Source of the DNA: an uncultured bacterium
Lineage (GTDB): Bacteria; Verrucomicrobiota; Verrucomicrobiia; Verrucomicrobiales; DEV007
Assembly: GCA_963977015.1 (NCBI GenBank)
Contig: CAXBMO010000022.1
Span: 36,063-100,062, forward strand
DNA length: 64,000 nucleotides
Reading direction: 5' to 3'
Part shown: in pieces, positions 9,399 through 19,330 of the stretch
Numbering within the stretch: the stretch's first letter is position 1
How the letters are laid out: the number at the start of each line of letters is the position of its first letter
Notes under the pieces: generated by a model
Databases searched by the model: none
Told to the model about the DNA's origin: nothing
What the model saw: the letters and a program-made list of their open reading frames with translations, nothing else
Position numbers and translations under genes: made by a program

Positions 9399-9902
9399 AT
9401 GCGCCAACCATTCCCAAAACTCCTCGTCCTTGCTCTTTCCCTTCTTTTTTCGTCAGCCGTTGCCCAAGCCGAGGAGCCAGGCAAACAGGCCGAAAAAGAC
9501 ACCGCTAACCAATCAACTTCGGCGACGATTTATGAACGAATCGGCGGTACCGCCGCAATCGACGCAGCCGTCGATCGATTTTACGAGAAGATCCTGGCGG
9601 ACGACCGGGTGAACCACTTTTTCGAGGATGTGAACATGAGCCGCCAGATTGCGAAGCAGAAAGCCTTTCTCGCCGCCGCATTCGGAGGACCGGTGCCTTA
9701 TGAGGGCAAAGATTTACGCCAGGCCCACGCTACTCTCGACCTGACCGACCAGGATTTCGACGCCATTGCCGAGCATCTCCACTCCACCCTTACGGAATTG
9801 AAAGTCGATGGAAAGCTGGTTTCAGAGGTGATGACGCTGCTCGAATCAACGCGGGCCGCCGTGCTGAACCGGCCCGAGACAACGCAGGTGTCCGGCGAGT
9901 AG
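9399..9902 (+). CDS. Group I truncated hemoglobin with N-terminal signal peptide
   Basis: TIYERIGG, VDRFY (TyrB10), QKAFLAAAFGGP, AH (proximal His); Sec-type leader ending AQA. Confidence 0.92.
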   Translation: MRQPFPKLLVLALSLLFSSAVAQAEEPGKQAEKDTANQSTSATIYERIGGTAAIDAAVDRFYEKILADDRVNHFFEDVNMSRQIAKQKAFLAAAFGGPVPYEGKDLRQAHATLDLTDQDFDAIAEHLHSTLTELKVDGKLVSEVMTLLESTRAAVLNRPETTQVSGE

Positions 9903-9920
9903 CTCCCAACGACTCCAACC

Positions 9921-10466
9921 ATGAAACCCCACTCCTTCTTTTCAACGGCCGCCCCCGCAGCGTTGCTCCTGATCCTGGTGAGCGTATTGGGCGCGCAGGA
10001 ACCGAACCGCGCTACGCCGAAGGCTGGCGTAAGCGTGGATGAAGCCCGCCGGCAGGCGCGGCTGCTGCACGAAGCACTGCACGGCGCTCTTCAGGTCATG
10101 CACCGCGATTTTTTCGATCCGGATGAACGGGATCGCATTCCATCGGCCTCGCTCGAAGATGTTTTCGAAGTCATGGCCAAAGAGCGAGGCATCAAGCTGA
10201 GCTGGATGGGCGTCAATGCGACCATGGACGACGCGCATGAACCAACCACCCCCTTCGAGAAATCGGCGGCGCAGAAGCTGGAAAAAGGGAGCCCGGAAGT
10301 CGAAACGGTCGACAATGGCTGGTTCCGTTTCGTCGGAGCCGTTCAACTTCACAACCAATGTTTAAAGTGTCATGTGCCTTATCGAACCAGTCTGGAAGAC
10401 CGGGTGGCGGGGCTGAAAATCGAAATCCCGATCGCTGACAGCCAAAGGAAAACCGAGCCGAACTAA
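9921..10466 (+). CDS. Exported DUF3365/Tll0287-like c-type heme protein
   Basis: Signal peptide, single CLKCH, PTTPFEKSA motif. Confidence 0.8.
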   Translation: MKPHSFFSTAAPAALLLILVSVLGAQEPNRATPKAGVSVDEARRQARLLHEALHGALQVMHRDFFDPDERDRIPSASLEDVFEVMAKERGIKLSWMGVNATMDDAHEPTTPFEKSAAQKLEKGSPEVETVDNGWFRFVGAVQLHNQCLKCHVPYRTSLEDRVAGLKIEIPIADSQRKTEPN

Positions 10467-10478
10467 ACGTTGCCAGAG

Positions 10479-12278
10479 ATGAAACTTGAAGAAATCGAAC
10501 AGCCTTCCCGGGTTGAGCAGATCAAGCATGACAGCAACGGGCTTCGGCTTCCAAGTGCCACCGAACTGAGCTCCGACGCGCTGGCAGTGTCCGAAGAGGC
10601 CTGCCAATTGCTCAAATTCCACGGCACCTATCAGCAGGACAATCGCGACACGCGAATCGCCCGGAAACGCAGCGGTCTGGACAAGGATTACAGCTTCATG
10701 GTGCGAAATCGCATTCCGGGCGGCAGGCTCACCGCGAAGCAATTCCTCGCCGAACTGGACCTGGCCGAGCAATTTGGGAACGGCACGATTCGCCTGACGA
10801 CGCGCCAGAGCATCCAGATTCACGGCGTTCTGAAGAACAACCTCCGTGACGTCATCCACGCCATCAACCGGATCGGTCTCTCGACCCAGTCGGCATGCGG
10901 CGATGTGAATCGAAACGTCATGTGCTGCCCGGCTCCGCTTCATCAGAATGCGGTCCGGAAGAACATGCTCGCCCTGGCGGATCAACTTGCCGATATTCTC
11001 CGTCCGAGGACGCAGGCCTACAACGATCTCTGGGTCACCGATCCCGACACCGGGGAAAAGACCAACCACCTTGCATCGGCGATCGTGGAAGAACCGCTTT
11101 ACGGCGCGCTCTACCTGCCACGCAAGTTCAAGGTCGGCATTGCGCTTTGCGACGACAATTGCATCGACGTTTACGATCAGGATATCGGGCTCCTGGGGAT
11201 CACCGATGGAGATTCGTTGCTCGGTTACAATATCCTGGCCGGGGGAAGTATGGGCACGACGCCGAGTGATCCTCGATGCTTTCCTGCCCTGGCAAAACGG
11301 CTGGCGTTTGTGACTCCAGAACAGGTTGCGGTGGTGGCCTCGGCCATCGTGTTGGTTCAACGTGACCATGGCGACCGGTCCGATCGGCGGCAGGCCCGGA
11401 TGAAGTACTTGATTCACCGTTGGGGCTTGGAACGCTTTCGCGAAGCCGTCGTCGGGCGGCTCGAAGAAGCGGCCGCGACCATCGGGGCCGATCCCTCCCA
11501 GATTCCGGACGGTCTGGCCGAGCCCCACCCCGATGACGTCCGTTCGGCTCCCGATCATCTCGGCTGGCACGAACAAGGAGACGGCAATCGCTTTCTCGGC
11601 ATTCCGATCGAGAACGGCCGGATCAAGGACGAGGACAACATGAGGCTGAAGAAGGGGCTGCGAGAGATCTTCACCCGATTTGAGTTTGGTGCCCGGATCA
11701 CCGCGCAGCAGAACCTCCTCATCGCCGACATCCCCCCAAGCCAATGCCGCGAGGTTCAGACGATCCTCAGCGATCACGGCATCAACACGACGGACGACCT
11801 GAAGCCATTGCGTCGTCGAGCCTTCGCCTGTCCTGCGTTGCCGACCTGCGGTCTGGCACTGACCGAAAGTGAGCGTGTCCTACCACGTTTGGTTGGTCAA
11901 CTGCAAACGATCCTCGACGATTTGAAGATGGGCGATTTGGAACTCGACCTGCGAATGACGGGCTGCCCGAACGGCTGCGCCCGCCCCTACAACGCCGAGA
12001 TCGGCCTGGTGGGAAGCGGTCACAATCCCAAGTCCGGACAAGGAAAATACACCGTCTTCCTGGGAGGCAGCCCGTTGGGCAACCGGCTGAATTCGGTATT
12101 CCGCGAAAAGGTGCTTTTCGATGAAATCCCGCCACTTCTCCGGCCCATTCTCCAGCATTTTGCCGATCACCGAAACTCGGACGAAAGCTTTGGCGATTTC
12201 TGTCATCGCCTCGGCCTCGAACAGCTGCGAGATCTTTCGGACGGCCCACTCGAAGGGAATCATCGCTCCGTCTCATGA
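10479..12278 (+). CDS. Siroheme sulfite/nitrite reductase hemoprotein (CysI/Sir family)
   Basis: LLKFHGTYQQDNRD, RLTTRQ, ACGDVNRN, LPRKFK, CPALPTCGLA, TGCPNGC. Confidence 0.93.
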   Translation: MKLEEIEQPSRVEQIKHDSNGLRLPSATELSSDALAVSEEACQLLKFHGTYQQDNRDTRIARKRSGLDKDYSFMVRNRIPGGRLTAKQFLAELDLAEQFGNGTIRLTTRQSIQIHGVLKNNLRDVIHAINRIGLSTQSACGDVNRNVMCCPAPLHQNAVRKNMLALADQLADILRPRTQAYNDLWVTDPDTGEKTNHLASAIVEEPLYGALYLPRKFKVGIALCDDNCIDVYDQDIGLLGITDGDSLLGYNILAGGSMGTTPSDPRCFPALAKRLAFVTPEQVAVVASAIVLVQRDHGDRSDRRQARMKYLIHRWGLERFREAVVGRLEEAAATIGADPSQIPDGLAEPHPDDVRSAPDHLGWHEQGDGNRFLGIPIENGRIKDEDNMRLKKGLREIFTRFEFGARITAQQNLLIADIPPSQCREVQTILSDHGINTTDDLKPLRRRAFACPALPTCGLALTESERVLPRLVGQLQTILDDLKMGDLELDLRMTGCPNGCARPYNAEIGLVGSGHNPKSGQGKYTVFLGGSPLGNRLNSVFREKVLFDEIPPLLRPILQHFADHRNSDESFGDFCHRLGLEQLRDLSDGPLEGNHRSVS

Positions 12279-13498
12279 AATCAAGCGACGCCAATCCCGC
12301 TTCCGCTCAAGGCCTCCAGACCCGCTCCGTTCATGCTGGCGAGATTCCGGATCCCAACACTGGCGCGTCGTCGCCGAACCTGGTGATGTCCTCCACTTTC
12401 CTCGCCGATCCCGAGGCCTCGTTCTCGGCAGAGGGAAGCCACGGCGAGGACGACTTTTTCTACACACGCTGGGCCAACCCGACCGTCGCCCAGTTGGAAG
12501 CGAAGCTCGCAGCCCTGGAGGAAGCCGAAGCGGCCATGGCTTTCGCTTCCGGGATGGCTGCGGTGAACGGTCTGTTTTTCCATTGTCTTCGTCCCGGCGA
12601 TCATCTCGTTCTGGGAGATGTGGTCTACGCCGCCGTTTCAGAGACCGCCGATTCTCTTCTCAAGGAGCTGGGAATCGCGGTGTCACGGGTCGACACTTCG
12701 GATCTCGACGCGGTTCGCGAGGCACTCCAAGACAACACCCGTCTCGTTTACATCGAATCGCCCTGCAATCCGATCCTGCGACTCACCGACATTCGGGCAG
12801 TTGCCGAGCTGGTTCACGAAGCAGGGGCCCGCCTCGCGGTGGACTCCACCTTCGCCACGCCTGTCGCAACCCGGCCCCTGGCGTTCGGAGCTGACTTCGT
12901 GGTCCACTCGTTGACCAAATATCTCGGTGGTCACGGCGACGCGGTGGGAGGCGCCGTGCTTGGCCCCGAGGCAGATATCGCGGAGATTCGCCGGAAAGCG
13001 GGCATTCGCATGGGCGGGATTATCAGCCCCTTCAATGCCTGGCTCATTCTGCGCGGCGTGGCGACATTGCCCCTGCGAATGCGCGCCCACGAAGCTGCGG
13101 CCCTCGAGGTGAGCCGGTTTCTGGAAAATCACCCGGTGGTGAGCCGGGTTGTCTATCCAGGACTGGAATCGCATCCCCAACACGAACTCGCCCGCAGCCA
13201 GATGGCGAATTGTTCCGGCATGCTGACCTTTCAAACAGATCGCCACGCCGAGTTGCCCCGCCTGTTCGCGGAACGTCTTCGCGTGATCCACTACGCGGTA
13301 TCGTTGGGCCATCACCGCTCTCTTCTGTTCTATATTCCTACGAACGAGATCCTCGATACCTCCTTCGATTTGACCGAGACACAGGAGGCCCGCTATCGTG
13401 AATTCGCGGGAGACGCCATTTTCCGCCTCTCGGCCGGAATCGAAGATCCCGGCGACCTCTGCGCGGACCTGGACCAGGTTTTCGCCGCCCTCACCTGA
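12275..13498 (+). CDS. Cys/Met metabolism PLP enzyme (cystathionine gamma-synthase / methionine gamma-lyase family)
   Basis: YTRWANPT, ASGMAA, ESPCNP, DSTFATP, HSLTKYLGGHGD, RLSAGIE; ATGA overlap with the upstream gene. Confidence 0.92.
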   Translation: MKSSDANPASAQGLQTRSVHAGEIPDPNTGASSPNLVMSSTFLADPEASFSAEGSHGEDDFFYTRWANPTVAQLEAKLAALEEAEAAMAFASGMAAVNGLFFHCLRPGDHLVLGDVVYAAVSETADSLLKELGIAVSRVDTSDLDAVREALQDNTRLVYIESPCNPILRLTDIRAVAELVHEAGARLAVDSTFATPVATRPLAFGADFVVHSLTKYLGGHGDAVGGAVLGPEADIAEIRRKAGIRMGGIISPFNAWLILRGVATLPLRMRAHEAAALEVSRFLENHPVVSRVVYPGLESHPQHELARSQMANCSGMLTFQTDRHAELPRLFAERLRVIHYAVSLGHHRSLLFYIPTNEILDTSFDLTETQEARYREFAGDAIFRLSAGIEDPGDLCADLDQVFAALT

Positions 13499-13521
13499 TC
13501 GACATTGCTCTCCGACTTCCC

Positions 13522-14190
13522 ATGAAACTCATTCTCCATGAAATGGCCCACAGTCCGTTTTGCATCCCCGTGAAGCGGATTCTCCAGGCTTACTCCGTTC
13601 CCTTCGAAACGAACGCCATTCCGGCCTGGGACCGACGCCAATTGATCGCGCTGACCTCCGGCGCTTACTATCAGGTGCCGGTGCTCGAATCCGATGGTCA
13701 GATCGTGCACGAGACGGCTGAGGAGCCCGTCGCCGTGGCGCGGTATCTCAATGCCCAATTCTGCAACGGCGAGCTGTTTCCCGATTCGTGCGCCGGACTG
13801 CAGGAAATCGTCATCGAGCACATCGAGAATTCGCTGGAGGGAAAGGGATTCAAGCTGAGCGACCCCTATTTTGTGGACGGGATTGGGGATATTGGTGATC
13901 GCGTCATGGTGATTCGCCACAAGGAACGCAGCTTTGGGCCAGGTTGTGTCGAGAAATGGCGCGAGGAAACTCCGGCTTTGTTGCGGGAATTCGAGGCGTC
14001 CCTAAAACCGTTCGAAACCCGGCTCAATCATTCTCCGTTCCTGTTCGGAGACGCCCCGGTTTACGCCGACTACGCCCTGTTTGGCGTCCTCGGCAATTTC
14101 CAGTTCGGCGGCCATCACCAATTGAACGCCCACTTTGAAAACCTGGTCCGCTGGGAGAAGAGGCTCGCGAACCACACGGCCTCGAACTGA
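13522..14190 (+). CDS. Glutathione S-transferase family protein
   Basis: SPFC, QVPVL, FLFGDAPVYADYALFG. Confidence 0.85.
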   Translation: MKLILHEMAHSPFCIPVKRILQAYSVPFETNAIPAWDRRQLIALTSGAYYQVPVLESDGQIVHETAEEPVAVARYLNAQFCNGELFPDSCAGLQEIVIEHIENSLEGKGFKLSDPYFVDGIGDIGDRVMVIRHKERSFGPGCVEKWREETPALLREFEASLKPFETRLNHSPFLFGDAPVYADYALFGVLGNFQFGGHHQLNAHFENLVRWEKRLANHTASN

Positions 14191-14191
14191 G

Positions 14192-14536
14192 GTGATCGTC
14201 AGGCAAGAAGGTGGCCGCTGGCCCAATCTCACGCCCCTGATTGGATCACAAGTCGTCAACGCGGACCTGGCTGGAGATTCCGCGACCTTGCGGTTGGTTT
14301 TTCGGCACCCAGACGGCGAATCTGAATCGGAAGTCCAGATTCCGCCGCCCTGGAATTTCACCTCGTGCATTCTGGCTTGTGGTTCGGACGAGATCACCAC
14401 CGGTGACGAGTCCGGCTGGAGGTCGGCGTCCCAACTAATTGGGCTGGAGGACGCCACCTTCACCAAGATGCACCAGGACGAGGACCACTGTGATCTCGTC
14501 TTCGACTCCATCACGATCAGCATCGCGGCAACCTGA
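14192..14536 (+). CDS. Small hypothetical protein
   Basis: GTG one base after the GST stop; fills the gap in a co-oriented run; no motif recognised. Confidence 0.45.
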   Translation: MIVRQEGGRWPNLTPLIGSQVVNADLAGDSATLRLVFRHPDGESESEVQIPPPWNFTSCILACGSDEITTGDESGWRSASQLIGLEDATFTKMHQDEDHCDLVFDSITISIAAT

Positions 14537-14592
14537 GCCGACTTTTCCTTTTTGCCATGCAAGCTCGGCTCCAACTTTCCCGTGTCTGGGAC

Positions 14593-15273
14593 ATGCGCCA
14601 CATCTGTCTCGCCCTCTTCCTCACCTCCACTCTGGTCTCCGCATCCGAACCCAACACTCTGACCGAAGCGGAACGCGCCGAGGGATGGAAACTGCTTTTC
14701 GACGGCGAGAAGATCGAAGGCTGGCGTAGCTACGGCTCGGACATGTCGCCGAAGCAGGGCTGGGTTGTCGAAAACGGCACGCTTCACAAACAAGCCGACC
14801 TTCGCGGTGGCGACATCATGACGGTCAAAACCTACGAGAACTTTGAGTTCAGCTGGGAATGGAAGCTTCTCGAAAAGGGGAACAACGGCGTTAAATACTT
14901 CATCATCCCGGAGCGCAAAGCCACCATCGGTCACGAATATCAGATGATTGACGACACCAAAGTCAAAGATGCCTATTCCAGCACGGCCGCCTTTTATCTG
15001 GTGGCGAAGCCGAGTCCGGACAAGCCCACCAAACCGATGGGCGAATGGAACCACTCGCGCATCGTGGTCAGGGGGAACCACGTGGAGCACTGGTTGAATG
15101 GCACAAAGGTGCTCGAATATGAGTGCGGAAGCCCGGCCATCATGGAGCGCGTTCCGCTAACCAAGTTCAAGAAGACTCCCGGCTTCGGTGAAAAAGTTAC
15201 CGGGCACATTCTCCTGACCGACCACAAAGACCCCTGCTGGTTTCGGAACCTCAAAATCAAGGAACTGCCGTAG
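14593..15273 (+). CDS. DUF1080 (3-keto-disaccharide hydrolase-like) secreted protein
   Basis: GWKLLFDG, GNNGVKY, EYQMIDD, GEWNHSRI, WFRNLKIK. Confidence 0.9.
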   Translation: MRHICLALFLTSTLVSASEPNTLTEAERAEGWKLLFDGEKIEGWRSYGSDMSPKQGWVVENGTLHKQADLRGGDIMTVKTYENFEFSWEWKLLEKGNNGVKYFIIPERKATIGHEYQMIDDTKVKDAYSSTAAFYLVAKPSPDKPTKPMGEWNHSRIVVRGNHVEHWLNGTKVLEYECGSPAIMERVPLTKFKKTPGFGEKVTGHILLTDHKDPCWFRNLKIKELP

Positions 15274-15365
15274 AAATCGAAAGACGGATTCCGTTTCTTC
15301 CCTCAAATCTGAGCTGGAACCCTTCCGAACCATCGGCAACGGTGTCGTCTCACCAACCCCCAATC

Positions 15366-17561
15366 ATGCCTCTTCGTCACGTTTTTCTCTACTCCGCCCT
15401 TGTGTGTTCCCTCTCGACCTTGTCGGCGCAGCAACCGCCGAACATCGTCTTCTTTTTCACGGATGATCAAACCACAAGCACACTTGCCTGTTACGGAAAT
15501 CCGATCGTCCAGACTCCGAACATTGATGATCTGGCAAAACGCGGAGTTCGTTTCGAGAACGCCTTCGTCAGCCACTCCATCTGTTGGGTGAGCCGTACGA
15601 CCATCTTGAGCGGGCTGGTGGGCCGTAGTTTTGGAACCGCTGACGAACCGGACAAAGCACGCCCGGATGCAGTCGAAACCCTCTACTCCGACATCCTGCG
15701 GGAGAAGGGTTATCGCACGGGTTACTTCGGCAAATGGCACGCCAAAATGCCAAAGGAATTCAAGAAGGAGGATCATTTTGATGAGTTCGAGGCAATTGGC
15801 CGCAACCCCTTCTACAAAAAGCAGCCGGATGGAAGTTTGCGTCATGAAACCGAGGTGATCGTCGATCGCGGAATCGAGTTCGTGAAGAGCCAACCAAAGG
15901 GAAAACCTTTCGCCCTCAACCTGTGGTTCAACGCCTGCCATGCCGAAGATAGCGACCGGCGTCCCGGGATTGGTCACTTTCCATGGCCGCGCGCCGTGGA
16001 CGGAATGTATGAGGACTACAAGATTTACCCTCCCAAGCTGAATGATCCCGCCATTCTGGATGCCCAACCGGATTTTCTGAAGACGTCGATCAATCGGGAA
16101 CGCTATTTCTGGCGATGGAATACGGATGAAAAGTATCAGACCAACATGCGCGCCTACTTCCGCATGGTCAGCGGAATTGATGGTGCGATCGGACGCTTTC
16201 GCCAGGCGCTCGAGGAAGCGGGCCTAGCCGACAACACCATCATCGTCTATTCCGCCGACAACGGTTATCACATGGGCAATCGTGGATTTGCCGGCAAATG
16301 GTCCCACTATGAGGAGTCGCTGCGCGTCCCGCTCATCATCTGTGATCCGCGCGTTCCGAAGAACCAGCAGGGCAAGGTGACGGACGCTCTCGCGTTGAAT
16401 GTCGATCTTCCTGCGACCTTCCTCGATTGGGCCGGCGCGGATATTCCGGAACGCTATCAAGGGCATAGTCTCCAACCCATCGTGAACGCCGAAAAACCCG
16501 CCGACTGGCGCTCGGAAACCTTTCACGAGCACTTCGCGGTTCGAAACCGGATTCCGGCATTCGAGGGAATCCGCAACGAGCGCTTCAAGTATGTGAGATA
16601 CTTCGATCACGGCGATCACGAATTTCTCCACGATCTCAAGACTGACCCCGATGAATTGGTGAACCTTGCCGACAGCCCGGAGTATGCCCCGATGTTGAAG
16701 GAGATGCGGGAGCGAACTGACCAGAAGGTTGCCGAGTATGGCGGGCCGCTCAGTCCGCCAAAGGCCAAATTCACAGCGTCCACGCCACCCCACCCGAACG
16801 CCTCCGCCGCCGTTACCCAAAAACCTGGGAATGACGATTTCGTGAGGCTTTTCGACGGAAAATCGCTGCGTGGTTGGACGGGAGATCCTCAATACTGGTC
16901 GGTCAAGGAAGGCGCGATCACCGGAGTGACGGATGGCTCGCTCAACATGAATCGCTTTCTCACCTGGAAGGGTTCGACCATTCGCAGCTTCGATCTTCAC
17001 GTGAAGGTCAAAGTCTCGGCTGGCGGCAACAGTGGCATTCAATACCGCGGAAAATCAGCGCCCGAAATCGGGCTCGATATCGTCACCGGATATCAGTGCG
17101 ACATCGTCGCCAATAACCCGAACTACAACGGGATGCTTTATGAGGAGCGCGGTCGTCGCATTCTCTCGCATACCGGCGAGAAGGTGATCATCGATCCATC
17201 CGGCCAACCTTGGGTTGTCGGTCAGCTTCCCTCCAAAGAGTTCGCGGCTGGCGAGTGGCACGATTACCGCGTTCTCGTTCGCGGAAACCACCATCAACAC
17301 TGGATCGACGGCCATCCCACCGCCGATCTGATTGATCTCGATGAGAAAGGCCGCGCGCTCGAAGGCGTCCTCGCCGTCCAGGTTCACGTTGGTCCGGCCA
17401 TGCAGATTCAATTCAAGGATTTCAAAATCAAACATCTGCCTGACGAACTTCCCCTGCGGACCGCGGATGACAGCCCAATTCCCGTCGGCGCCTATGGAGT
17501 TCGCCCCCAGGGCAAATTGCCGAAAGACTGGAAGCCTCCGGTTTACGGGGAACAGAAATAG
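15366..17561 (+). CDS. Sulfatase fused to a C-terminal DUF1080 domain
   Basis: PNIVFFFTDD, CWVSR, GKWH, SADNG; C-terminal LFDGKSLRGW...GNSGIQYR. Confidence 0.9.
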   Translation: MPLRHVFLYSALVCSLSTLSAQQPPNIVFFFTDDQTTSTLACYGNPIVQTPNIDDLAKRGVRFENAFVSHSICWVSRTTILSGLVGRSFGTADEPDKARPDAVETLYSDILREKGYRTGYFGKWHAKMPKEFKKEDHFDEFEAIGRNPFYKKQPDGSLRHETEVIVDRGIEFVKSQPKGKPFALNLWFNACHAEDSDRRPGIGHFPWPRAVDGMYEDYKIYPPKLNDPAILDAQPDFLKTSINRERYFWRWNTDEKYQTNMRAYFRMVSGIDGAIGRFRQALEEAGLADNTIIVYSADNGYHMGNRGFAGKWSHYEESLRVPLIICDPRVPKNQQGKVTDALALNVDLPATFLDWAGADIPERYQGHSLQPIVNAEKPADWRSETFHEHFAVRNRIPAFEGIRNERFKYVRYFDHGDHEFLHDLKTDPDELVNLADSPEYAPMLKEMRERTDQKVAEYGGPLSPPKAKFTASTPPHPNASAAVTQKPGNDDFVRLFDGKSLRGWTGDPQYWSVKEGAITGVTDGSLNMNRFLTWKGSTIRSFDLHVKVKVSAGGNSGIQYRGKSAPEIGLDIVTGYQCDIVANNPNYNGMLYEERGRRILSHTGEKVIIDPSGQPWVVGQLPSKEFAAGEWHDYRVLVRGNHHQHWIDGHPTADLIDLDEKGRALEGVLAVQVHVGPAMQIQFKDFKIKHLPDELPLRTADDSPIPVGAYGVRPQGKLPKDWKPPVYGEQK

Positions 17562-17756
17562 GCGGGACCGAGTTACCGCAACCCGGCAACCGGGAAGTCA
17601 TCGTTGAGTGCGCACCGCCTAACGCCACTCTTTGACCTTGCACTGGCGTTTGGAATCTGATTGGGTGATCGCTGGCCCGGAGAAAGTTGCAGTGAAGTGC
17701 GGCTCCATTCTCCGGGGCGACTTTCCTTGAAATTCTCTGCGAAAGAGAATGTCATC

Positions 17757-19313
17757 ATGACGAGTAGCTTCAATCCTCTGGATCTTCAAACGACCGCCTC
17801 CGATGCCTGGTTGGTTGTCATTCTGTCGATCGCCCTACTGATTGCGCTCGTCCTTTGGATCCGCCAAATCGCCGTCACTCCAAGAATGCTGGCCGACTCC
17901 GAGCAGTTGAGAGATTTGGGCCTCTCAAAAGACCAGGATCAAGGAATGATCGCGAAACTGCAGAGGGAAAACACGCGTCTGATCGCGGAACGTCAGCAGA
18001 CCAAGTCCGAGTTGCAGAACTTTCGCGATATGATGACCACGCAGGCGGAAGACCTTGGCGGCGATCATCAGAAAGTGGTGGAAGTGGTGATGGATACGTT
18101 GGACAAATTCCTCGTCCTCGGACCGGTCCTGGAAGAGGCGCAAAACTATGGGCTGACGCTGACGAGCCACCGGTCCAACGTGAAGATGCTGGAGATGCCG
18201 AGCCGCCATCCCAAGATCATCACCGTCGCCAACTTGAAAGGCGGCGTCGGGAAATCAACCGTGGCCGCAAATCTGGGGCTGGTTATGGCTGAGCAGATCC
18301 ACGAGAAGAAGCGCGTTCTGCTCGTCGACCTGGATCACGGCTCATCCTTGACCCGGCTCTGCCTGACCGAGGACCAATGGTCTCAACTACGCCAAGATCA
18401 CGACCCGGGACCTGTCTGTCGAGCATTCCAGCGCTACCTGGAGTTGGCGAAAAACAACAAAACCGAGATCAATGATTGGTCGGCAACCGATCTTTCCCCG
18501 ATCCGGGTCCAACGCGGCGAGAGCGAACCGGTGCTGGATCTCGCTCCGGCGGGAAGCGGCCTCAACGTGACCCAGGAAGCCTGCCTCATGGCATCATTCC
18601 TCGATCCCAGACTCCCCGATGCCCGATTCCTGCTCTGCGATTTGATCCGGCGCTGGTCTTCAGAATACGACATTGTAATTCTGGATTGCCCCCCACGAAT
18701 GACGATTGGCACGACCGGAGCACTCGCCATCGCCGATATGATTCTCATGCCCGTCGTTCCTGACCAGCTCTCCATCCAGGGCGCAGGCATCTTCTTCGAT
18801 GATCAGCATGCGCGGTTGCGTGAAATTCTTTGGGGGACGAACGGAGATCATCCTAACGACAATCCACAATCCCGAAATGCATTTCACAATGGAAGAGACC
18901 GGAACCTCGCCTTGGTCGCAAATCACGTGAATCATCATGCGGATCACCTAACCAGGGAGCGCATTATCGCCGAGCTGGAGCGCATGAACGCTCCTGACTC
19001 AGTAAAAGAAGCTGTTCTTGAGGAATCCCTCGTCGAATACCGCGCCTATGCGAAGGCGGCAAATGCGGGCGACACTCCGGAGAACCGGCCATTCGCCATC
19101 GATGAAATGGTGGAAGGCGACTACAAGCCGCTGGCCCAGATGGATCACCTTGCCACCGCGATCTTGCGGAAGTTCAATCAAACCACCTCGGCCATGGAGG
19201 AAAGACCTCGGCTGCGATTGGGAATTGAAGCGGCAAACCTGTCGGAATCTGGTTCGAATCCAAAATCTGCAATAAACCGGGCAGAAATTGCAGAGACATC
19301 CAGCCCCGGCTAA
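17757..19313 (+). CDS. ParA/Soj family ATPase with N-terminal TM helix and coiled coil
   Basis: NLKGGVGKST, LVDLD, ILDCPP; hydrophobic helix near the N-terminus. Confidence 0.85.
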   Translation: MTSSFNPLDLQTTASDAWLVVILSIALLIALVLWIRQIAVTPRMLADSEQLRDLGLSKDQDQGMIAKLQRENTRLIAERQQTKSELQNFRDMMTTQAEDLGGDHQKVVEVVMDTLDKFLVLGPVLEEAQNYGLTLTSHRSNVKMLEMPSRHPKIITVANLKGGVGKSTVAANLGLVMAEQIHEKKRVLLVDLDHGSSLTRLCLTEDQWSQLRQDHDPGPVCRAFQRYLELAKNNKTEINDWSATDLSPIRVQRGESEPVLDLAPAGSGLNVTQEACLMASFLDPRLPDARFLLCDLIRRWSSEYDIVILDCPPRMTIGTTGALAIADMILMPVVPDQLSIQGAGIFFDDQHARLREILWGTNGDHPNDNPQSRNAFHNGRDRNLALVANHVNHHADHLTRERIIAELERMNAPDSVKEAVLEESLVEYRAYAKAANAGDTPENRPFAIDEMVEGDYKPLAQMDHLATAILRKFNQTTSAMEERPRLRLGIEAANLSESGSNPKSAINRAEIAETSSPG

Positions 19314-19330
19314 TTCAGACTCCATGGGTT

